A program made the position numbers and the translations under genes. From Myxococcota bacterium (GTDB lineage Bacteria; Myxococcota_A; UBA796; SXON01), in assembly GCA_040386535.1 (NCBI GenBank), contig JAZKFH010000009.1:32001-96000 (forward strand): a stretch of 64,000 nucleotides of DNA. The letters are read 5' to 3'. The notes under the pieces are model-generated. The model made no database searches. It was not told the DNA's origin and saw only the letters and a program-made list of their open reading frames with translations. Positions 57,018 to 64,000 of this stretch are shown in pieces (within the stretch, counting starts at the first letter, position 1; every line of letters starts with the position of its first letter).

Positions 57018-58393
57018 GCGGTGTCGTGTTGGCGCTCCTCTTCACCGCCCGCGCGGAGCCGCCGCCCGTCCCACCGCCCCGCCCGCCGGTCGTACCGTCG
57101 GTCTGGACGGGCACGCTCGGGGGAGACCCGGCAGGGATGCCCGTCGCCGTGGTCGAGCGCCACGGGTTGCCGCTGGTGCGGGTGGAGCTGAGCTTCGACA
57201 CGACCGCGATCCGGCACCGGCTCGCGCCTGGGGCCCTGTATGCCCTGGGAGCGGTTTGGCGCGACGCTGATACACGTGACACATTGGAGCGGTTGGGAGC
57301 GGATGTATCGATCGGCTGTGGCGCCGTGCGGTGCTGGAGCGTGCTGGAGGTGCCGGTAGAGGGCCTGCGGGAAGCGCTCGTGCACACGGCGGCGGCCGTC
57401 CGCCGGCCCACGTTGGAGGGCAAGGCGCTCGCGGACTGGCGGCGCGACACACGGCGGGAGTGGCGCACGGACTGGCTCGGGCCGGGGATCGTGCACGCGC
57501 GCGCGTTCGGACGGCTCACGTGGCCGGAGGGGCATCCGTATCGGCTCGACCGGGCGGCGGCGGCGTTCCGGGTGCAGCGAGCGGCGGTCCGCGAAGCGTG
57601 GCGGGTGGTGGTGGCAGAGGCCCCCGTGAGCGTAGTGGTAGCGGGCGACGTGGTGCCGGCGGACGTGTTGCCGCTCGTGGAGGTCGCCTACGGCGGTCTC
57701 GGCGGCCGCACCGAGGCGGTTTCGGTAGCGGCGCCTGCCGCCACCACGACGCGCCGGGTTTTGGTGGACGCACCGGGGGCGAACCAGGCCCTCGTAAGCT
57801 TGGGGTGGCCGAGCCCGACGCAGGCGGATGCCGATCACGCCGCCTACACCCTTGCGTTCCAGGCGCTCGCCGGGGGCTTCGCGTCGCGGCTCAACCTCCG
57901 GCTCCGGGAGGACGACGGGCTGACTTACCGGGTGGACGGCGCGTACGTCGCCGAGGCCGGCTACGGCTGGTCCGAGATCGAGCTCGCGACCGATCCCGAC
58001 CAGGTGGCGAGGGTGCTCGCACGCCTCTCCGAGGAGCTCGACCGCGCTCGGACCGGCGGCTTCACCGACGAGGAGGTGACCGCCGCGCGCCACCGGCTGT
58101 GGGTCCAGGGGGCGACCGAGACCTCCACCCTCGCAGGGGTGGCCCGGATGCTCTGGCGCGATCGACGCGCCGGGAGGGAGCCCGGAGCGTCGATGATACA
58201 TCTGTCGATGTATCAGGATGTGTCACTCGCGGAGGTGGGCGCCGCCGCGGCGGCGTGGCTCGCCGGGCCACGTACGTGGCTGGTCTCGGGCGACGCCGAC
58301 ACGCTCGAGCCCGTGCTGGAGACGGCGGGATGGGCGACGGACACGGTGTGGGGCGTTTGCCAGGCGGTCTACGGGGGGGCGTGCCCGCGGTAG
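57014..58393 (+). CDS. M16 family peptidase, non-catalytic partner subunit
   Basis: Signal peptide, HPY, GGFASRLNLRLREDDGLTY and no HxxEH. GTGA overlap. Confidence 0.85.
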   Translation: MSGVVLALLFTARAEPPPVPPPRPPVVPSVWTGTLGGDPAGMPVAVVERHGLPLVRVELSFDTTAIRHRLAPGALYALGAVWRDADTRDTLERLGADVSIGCGAVRCWSVLEVPVEGLREALVHTAAAVRRPTLEGKALADWRRDTRREWRTDWLGPGIVHARAFGRLTWPEGHPYRLDRAAAAFRVQRAAVREAWRVVVAEAPVSVVVAGDVVPADVLPLVEVAYGGLGGRTEAVSVAAPAATTTRRVLVDAPGANQALVSLGWPSPTQADADHAAYTLAFQALAGGFASRLNLRLREDDGLTYRVDGAYVAEAGYGWSEIELATDPDQVARVLARLSEELDRARTGGFTDEEVTAARHRLWVQGATETSTLAGVARMLWRDRRAGREPGASMIHLSMYQDVSLAEVGAAAAAWLAGPRTWLVSGDADTLEPVLETAGWATDTVWGVCQAVYGGACPR

Positions 58394-58406
58394 CGGGAGC
58401 CATCGA

Positions 58407-61400
58407 TCACGACTCGTCGGTGACCACGGCCTCGGCCTGAGCCTCTGACTCGACCTTGGCCCGCGCCTTTCGGGCGATGTCGGTCCACCCCTGCCGCTCG
58501 GCGCTGGCCGCGAGGCGCTCGAGCGGGCCCCGGAGATCGAGTGCGCTCCGCTCGCCGAGGCCCCGCTCGCGCGCCACCGCCCACCAGGCGCGGCAGGTAC
58601 GCTCGTCGCCGTCTTCCGCGGCGAGCACGGCACGGAGCACGCCGATGTACATCCACACGCCGTGTTGCGGGCTGCGCGCGAGCCCGTCAGCGGCGGCCTC
58701 GACCGCGCTCCGCATTCGGCGCAGCTCGCCACGCGCGAAGGCCAACAGCGCCAGCTGCACTCGCGCGGACGCGGCGCCCTCGGACATCTCCCGCTCCTCG
58801 CAGAACCGCGCGAGCCACCGGTTGAGCTCCTCCGCAGTGTCCAGATCGCCGCGCTGGCGGGCCACTTGTGACAACAACGCCCGGCACCGCATGTGGAGCT
58901 GGTCGGCGCCGAGCGTGGCGGCGATGGCCCCCGCCGTGGTGAAGAGGCGCTGGGCCTCGTCGTAGTTGCGCCGCTCCAGGTGGAGCATGCCCCAGGTGGC
59001 CGACGCCTCGGCGATGCGCCGGGTGTCCCCGCTCGCGCGGCTCACCGTTTGCAGCCGGGCCACCTGCCGGTCGATCTGCTCCAGCCGCCCCGCGCGGATC
59101 AGCGCCTCGACCAGCCCGTTGAGCGCCTCCGCTTCGAGCGCGAGGTCCCCACGGTTCATCCGCACCACCTCGCCCCAGTGGGTGATCGACTGGATGGCGA
59201 GCCCCGCCATCCGCGCGAGCTTGGCGCGTTGCGCGGCGACCTCGATTAGGCCCGCCCGGTCGCGCAACGCGGTGAAGGTCTGGTGGGCGGCGTCGAACTC
59301 GCGCTGGGCGGTCTCCACGTCACCCCCCTTGCGGGCGGCGCGGCCGAGCAGGACCCGCAGACGTGCGCGGGCGAGGCGGTCTCCCTCGACCTCGCGCAGG
59401 GCGTGCTCGATGAGCGGTACGGCGCGCTCGGGTTCGCCGGCTTCCAACAGGGCCTCGGCGTGCAGGCGGCGGGCTTCGAGCCGCGCGGTCGGCTGACCGA
59501 CGGCGTCCGCGGCCTCGATCGCCATCGCGCCCGCGCGGATCGCGTCGCGCGCACGCCCGCCCTGGTTCATCTTGCGCGCCGCGGAGAGCAGGTGCCCGAG
59601 CGCCTTGTCGGGCTCGCCGGAGCGCAGGCGGTGCATGCCGAGGGGGAGGTCGACGTCGAGATCGGTGCTGCCGCCGAGGGTCTGCCAGGCGTCGGCGAGG
59701 CGGCGGTGCAGCTCCTTCACGTTGGGGGCGCGGCCGGCCACCTCGAGGGCGGCCTCGTGAAGGCGGCTCTGCTCGAAGACGAGGTACCCGCGCCGCTCGG
59801 CGACGAGGCCCGTGGCGAGGAGGGCGTCGAGGCCCGCGTCGTTGACGGCGCGGATGAGGGCGGCGGGGGGCTCCTGCCCGGCGAGCGCGGCGGCGGCGAG
59901 CGCCTCGCCCGCGGCGGCGGGATCGGTGGCGCTGTCGATCGCGGCCTGGAGCCGACGGCGGAGGAGCGACGCGGGATCGCGCGGCATGGCCTCGGCGAGC
60001 GTGATGTCGGGGGAGAGGATGTAGAGCCCGCCGGCGCCGGGGACGAGCAGCTTGCGCGCTGCCCACTCGCGCAGGAGCAGGCCGGCGGTGAGCGGATCGC
60101 CCTCACACTCGAGGCTCACGACGCGCGCGAGCTCGGGGTGGAGCTGGAGCGACTCCTGCACGACCTTCCGCGTCTCGGTGAGGTTCAGGCGACGCAAGCC
60201 GATACGCCGCGCGCCGCGCTCCTGCAGGCTCTCCACCTTTCGACGCAACGCGGGATCACGCGCCAGCGCCTCGGTCGAGAGGGTGCACAACACCAGCACC
60301 GGCCGCTCGCCGACGGTGCGATCGAGCAGCGCCTCGGCGATCGAGAGGCCGTCTCCATCCGCGAGGGCGTGGTGGGCGTCCTCCAGCACGAGGCACGAGC
60401 CGCCGCGCCACGCCCGCGCGTCGAGGTAGCGGTACAGGTAGGCGAGGCCGACGGCGTCGTTCACCGGGGGCTCGCCGTCCTTGAGGTAGCCACACCACCG
60501 GGTGAGGAACGAGGCCTCCTCTGTCATGTCGATGGGCGGCGCCTGCCGGTCGCGCCCGATCCAGCGCGCGAGCCGGCTCTCCATGCCCTCCCGGGTGTCG
60601 TTCCAGGGGACCAACAAGTCGCGCACCGCGCCGCGGAAGCCATCGTCCACGCCCGGCGGGGAGTGGTACTGGAGCGGGGTCACCTCGAGCCAGCCGCCCT
60701 CCTCGAAGGCGTTCGCCACCGCGTTCACGAGGCGGGTCTTGCCCGAGCCGCTCTCCCCGACGACCAGCACCACGCGCGGCGTACCGAGCGCGATGACCTC
60801 GCGCGCCGCGTCCCACAACACCTGCCGCTCCCGCTCGCGCCCCACCAGCGGCACCTCGCGCAGCGCGAAGAGGGGGAGGGACGCGCGCGCCGGCGCCTCC
60901 CAGCCGGTCTCCATCGGCGGCTTGGACGGGATCGGATCGGGCTGCACGCGGTTCCAGCGCATGGCGCCGCGGTGCGGATCATCGGGCGCCGAGGAGACGG
61001 ACAGCGGGTACTCGCCGGGGCCCAGCATCGGGCCGGTCGTCGCGCTCGTGGCGGCGTCTCCCCGGAAGCTGCGGACGCGGCCGCGGAAGCTCTGGCCCTT
61101 CACCGCGTCGCGAAGGGCGCGGCGCACGTCGGCCGCGCGATCCATGCGCTGGCGGGGCTCGGGATCGAGGAGGGAAGCCACGAGATCCGAGAGCGCCGCC
61201 GGGATGGGAACCTCGACGCTCGCCGCGAGCGACGGCGGCGGGCGCATGCGCGCCTCGAGCAGATCCTGGCGCCCCTCGCCCGGGTGCGGGCGCTCGCCGG
61301 AGAGGGTCTCGTGGAGGATGAGCCCTACGGCGTACAGATCGGTCCACGGGCCGAGGTCCTGGGTGCGCCCGAGCAGCTGCTCGGGGGCCATGTACCCGGG

Positions 61401-61919
61401 GGTCCCCGAGATGCCCTTGCGGTCACGGGTGAGCTCGGCAAGCGCGTCCGCCACGCCGAGGTCGGCCACCCAGGCGTGCACCAGGCCGTCCGTGCCCGGG
61501 TAGAGCAGGATGTTGCCGGGCTTCAGGTCCTGGTGGAGCAGGCTGCGCGCGTGGATCGCCGCGAGCGCGTTGAGCACCTCGTCGATCAGGCGGAGCACGT
61601 CGTTGATGGACGGGCGGAGCTTGAGCAGATCCCCCAGGCTGCCGCCGGCGGCGTACCCGAGGGCGACGAAGGGCTCCCCCGTCGCGAGCACGCCGGTGTC
61701 GAACACGGGGATGACGTGCGGGTGGACGATGCGGGCGGAGATCGCCACCTCCCGCGCGAAGCGGGCGCGGAAGCGGCGGTGCAAGGCGAGGTTCGTCTTG
61801 ACGACCTTGACCGCTACCTCGGTCTCCAACAGGCGATCCTCGGCGTGGTACACCACGCCGGTGGCCCCCTCACCGAGCTGCCGGGTCGGCCGGTAGCGTT
61901 CGGGGAGGCTCGGGAGCAC
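58407..61919 (-). CDS. Ser/Thr protein kinase + P-loop (AAA/STAND-like) + TPR protein
   Basis: LGEGATG, VAVK, HQDLKPGN, ADLG and GTPGYMAPEQ, then LVGRERE and GESGSGKT, then helical repeats. Confidence 0.93.
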   Translation of the reverse strand: MLPSLPERYRPTRQLGEGATGVVYHAEDRLLETEVAVKVVKTNLALHRRFRARFAREVAISARIVHPHVIPVFDTGVLATGEPFVALGYAAGGSLGDLLKLRPSINDVLRLIDEVLNALAAIHARSLLHQDLKPGNILLYPGTDGLVHAWVADLGVADALAELTRDRKGISGTPGYMAPEQLLGRTQDLGPWTDLYAVGLILHETLSGERPHPGEGRQDLLEARMRPPPSLAASVEVPIPAALSDLVASLLDPEPRQRMDRAADVRRALRDAVKGQSFRGRVRSFRGDAATSATTGPMLGPGEYPLSVSSAPDDPHRGAMRWNRVQPDPIPSKPPMETGWEAPARASLPLFALREVPLVGRERERQVLWDAAREVIALGTPRVVLVVGESGSGKTRLVNAVANAFEEGGWLEVTPLQYHSPPGVDDGFRGAVRDLLVPWNDTREGMESRLARWIGRDRQAPPIDMTEEASFLTRWCGYLKDGEPPVNDAVGLAYLYRYLDARAWRGGSCLVLEDAHHALADGDGLSIAEALLDRTVGERPVLVLCTLSTEALARDPALRRKVESLQERGARRIGLRRLNLTETRKVVQESLQLHPELARVVSLECEGDPLTAGLLLREWAARKLLVPGAGGLYILSPDITLAEAMPRDPASLLRRRLQAAIDSATDPAAAGEALAAAALAGQEPPAALIRAVNDAGLDALLATGLVAERRGYLVFEQSRLHEAALEVAGRAPNVKELHRRLADAWQTLGGSTDLDVDLPLGMHRLRSGEPDKALGHLLSAARKMNQGGRARDAIRAGAMAIEAADAVGQPTARLEARRLHAEALLEAGEPERAVPLIEHALREVEGDRLARARLRVLLGRAARKGGDVETAQREFDAAHQTFTALRDRAGLIEVAAQRAKLARMAGLAIQSITHWGEVVRMNRGDLALEAEALNGLVEALIRAGRLEQIDRQVARLQTVSRASGDTRRIAEASATWGMLHLERRNYDEAQRLFTTAGAIAATLGADQLHMRCRALLSQVARQRGDLDTAEELNRWLARFCEEREMSEGAASARVQLALLAFARGELRRMRSAVEAAADGLARSPQHGVWMYIGVLRAVLAAEDGDERTCRAWWAVARERGLGERSALDLRGPLERLAASAERQGWTDIARKARAKVESEAQAEAVVTDES

Positions 61920-62000
61920 GTCAGGCCCGTCGGGCGGGACGGGCTCGCCGCGTGCGTCGGGAGCCCGGCCGAGTGGGTCCGTGGCTCGCCCCCGCCGTCA

Positions 62001-63692
62001 TCAGCGCCTCTTGGGCGACGAGAAGTCGGTCAGGATCGGCTTCTCGAGCTGCTTCGGGTCGATCGGCCCGGACTTGCGCAAGTCGAGCTTGCCGGTGATC
62101 GCGACGGTGTCCCCCGAGTGCTTGAGGATCTCGGACAGGGCGCGGGTCTCGTTGCCGAGCTTGACCTCGACGCCGCCCACCAGGATCGAGACGTGGCCGA
62201 GCATCTGGGTGCCACCGCCGCCGGACGGGCGGGGCATGTACACGCCGACCAGCGTGACACGTTCGCCGTCCCCCGCCGCGAGATCCGAGGCGCGGGCGAT
62301 CTCTTCGATCTCGGCGCCGGCGTCCAGCTCCGCGTCGACCTCCTCGACCTCCTCCTCCTTGGTCTCGATCTCCTTCTCGGTGGCCTCTTCCTCGCGGCCC
62401 TTGGCCTCGGCCTCGGCGGCGGCGGTGTCCTTGCGGGCGGGATCCTCGGAGATCTCGGCTTCGCTCTCCGCCTTGACCTTCTTGACCTGCACGTCCTCGA
62501 GCTTGCGCTCGACGGTGGCCTTGGCCTCGACCTTGGCTTCCTTCTTCGCGTCGGCCTTCTGCTCGGCGGCCTCGGCCTTGGCCGCGGGATCGATCCCCTT
62601 CGGCTTGGGGCCCTTGGCGGCCTTCTCTTCCTTGCCGGGGCCCTCGGCGGCCGGGGCACCCTTGACCGGCGCCGCGCTCGCGGCCTTGCCGCCCTTCTTC
62701 GTGTCGACGTCCGCGCCGGCCTTGCTGGCGGGCCCGGCGACCTTCTTCGCGGACTTCTCCTCGGCGTTGGTCTTCTTGGCCGCGTCCGCCTTCTTCTCGG
62801 CGTCCCCCGCCTGCACGTCCTTCTCGACCGCGAGGCGCTTCTTGCCCGCGGCGGCGCTGATCTTGCCGCCCTCGATCTTGCCGGACACGGGATCCTTGGC
62901 CTTCGCGGCGTCGGCCGTTGACTTCGCAGCCTCCGCCTTGGCTTCCTTGGCCTGGGCCTTCTTGTCCTTGGCGCCCGCCACGACGTTCTTGGCCTGCTCG
63001 ATCTTCGAGTCGACCGGCTTGACGGCCTTGGCGGCCTTCGCGGCCTTGCCTGCGGCCTTCTCTGCCTTCGCGGGTTTGGCGGCCTTGTCACCCTTGCCCG
63101 GCTTGCCCTTCCCCGCCTTGGCGACGGCCTTCTTCTCCTCGGTGGTCTTGCCCTTCTTCGCGTCCCCCGCGCCGCCGACCTTGTCGAGCGCCTTGGCGCC
63201 CTTCTTGCCGGGATCGGCGTTCTTGGACTTCTCCTCGGCCGCCTTCTGGGTGGCGAGCTGGGCCTCCTTCTTCTTGTGGACGGCCTCCTTCTCAAGGGCG
63301 ATCTTGTCAGCGTTGTCCGCCTGCTTCTGCGGGACCTTCGCCTTGGCGTCGGGCGCCTTCTTCTTTCCGCCGCGCGCCGCGTCCGGGCCACCGCCCTTCT
63401 TCTCGGCGAGCGCCTGCGCGTCGCTCTTCGCCTTGGCCGAGACCTCGGCGCGGCTCATGGTCGAGGGGTCCTTGTTCGAGGAGGCGGGCAGCGCCTTCTT
63501 CTCGGTCTTGGCCTCGGCCTCGATGAGATCCTTCACGCCGGAGTTGCCGACGTTGCCCTGCAGATCGGCGGCGGCGCCCTGCTGCACCTTGGCCTTGGCG
63601 TCGGGGAGGGCGGCCTCGGGCGACTTCGCCGCGGTGGCCTTGGGCTTCTTCGCGCGCGCGGCGGCGGCGAGTTCCTGATCCTTGGACGCCAT
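62001..63692 (-). CDS. Lys/Ala-rich (histone H1-like composition) protein with acidic stretch and small C-terminal beta domain
   Basis: GGAGG RBS, strong AAG/GCC codon bias, LQGNVGN motif at aa 44-50 and an about 90-aa globular C-terminus. Confidence 0.85.
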   Translation of the reverse strand: MASKDQELAAAARAKKPKATAAKSPEAALPDAKAKVQQGAAADLQGNVGNSGVKDLIEAEAKTEKKALPASSNKDPSTMSRAEVSAKAKSDAQALAEKKGGGPDAARGGKKKAPDAKAKVPQKQADNADKIALEKEAVHKKKEAQLATQKAAEEKSKNADPGKKGAKALDKVGGAGDAKKGKTTEEKKAVAKAGKGKPGKGDKAAKPAKAEKAAGKAAKAAKAVKPVDSKIEQAKNVVAGAKDKKAQAKEAKAEAAKSTADAAKAKDPVSGKIEGGKISAAAGKKRLAVEKDVQAGDAEKKADAAKKTNAEEKSAKKVAGPASKAGADVDTKKGGKAASAAPVKGAPAAEGPGKEEKAAKGPKPKGIDPAAKAEAAEQKADAKKEAKVEAKATVERKLEDVQVKKVKAESEAEISEDPARKDTAAAEAEAKGREEEATEKEIETKEEEVEEVDAELDAGAEIEEIARASDLAAGDGERVTLVGVYMPRPSGGGGTQMLGHVSILVGGVEVKLGNETRALSEILKHSGDTVAITGKLDLRKSGPIDPKQLEKPILTDFSSPKRR

Positions 63693-63750
63693 CGACCCTC
63701 CAATACGGGGCGGATACTACCATGCGCAGGGCGAGCGGAGCGGCGGGAGC

Positions 63751-63999
63751 CTACAGGTCGGTCCCGAATACGTTCAGGTACACCCCGTACAAGCCGTCAT
63801 CGTCGAGCGGCTCGATCGCCACGACTTCCGGCGTGATGCCGAAACCACCGAGGCCGCCGAGCGCGTCACCCAGGTCGAACGAGAGCTGGCCGCCGAGCAG
63901 GCCCGCGAGGCCCTCCACCACGCTGCCGAGCTGCTCCTCGACGCCCGCGAGATCGTAGTTCTCGGCGCCGTACTCGAGCACGGCCACGTCGCGCACGTC
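63751..63999 (-). CDS. C-terminal fragment of an acidic hypothetical protein (starts beyond the window)
   Basis: Frame is open to the window edge with typical codon bias and ends YGVYLNVFGTDL. Confidence 0.7.
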   Translation of the reverse strand, partial: DVRDVAVLEYGAENYDLAGVEEQLGSVVEGLAGLLGGQLSFDLGDALGGLGGFGITPEVVAIEPLDDDGLYGVYLNVFGTDL

Positions 64000-64000
64000 G

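Larger units (their letters stand above)
53737..58225. repeat. Cluster of YGATACATC motifs, mostly as inverted pairs
   Basis: Pairs at 53737-53756, 54615-54638 and 58194-58215, a single at 57302-57310, and variants at 53851, 57268, 57277 and 58217. Confidence 0.85.

Noticed and set aside
63762..63778. TACGTTCAGG resembling the right half of the LexA box
   Set aside because: The left half does not match, and it lies in the coding end of the upstream gene.

Overview
High-GC (about 70% by eye), gene-dense chromosomal window. Gene content, lipoprotein style and the LexA-box type point to a Myxococcota/deltaproteobacterium-like organism (inference). I saw no rRNA, tRNA, CRISPR array, transposase or integrase. 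Left half: a partial Lon-type protease; lnt and an enoyl-CoA hydratase; groES-groEL (near-consensus sigma54 promoter) divergent from a dnaK-dnaJ-moxR-DUF58-bat cluster; a B12 radical SAM enzyme; a GNAT; an NtrC-type two-component pair; ppiC-surA-pdxA; three tandem paralogous lipoproteins; hflX; two flotillins with a His-rich NfeD-like partner. Three items in the right half stand out. (1) A LexA-boxed SOS mutagenesis cassette in which ImuB and DnaE2 (ImuC) form one continuous 1565-aa reading frame. (2) A 2660-aa polymorphic-toxin or contractile-injection-cargo-like protein. It begins M-ARTKQVAR (7/8 identical to the histone H3 tail) and carries an SPFH-like insert, two unnamed toxin-like domains and a C-terminal calpain-type protease, followed by candidate immunity genes. 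A Lys/Ala-rich H1-like protein about 10 kb downstream shares its N-terminal GN motif. (3) A tight cluster (53.7-58.2 kb) of an unexplained 9-mer, YGATACATC, mostly in inverted pairs and often inside coding sequence. All family calls come from motif recognition by eye, not database searches.
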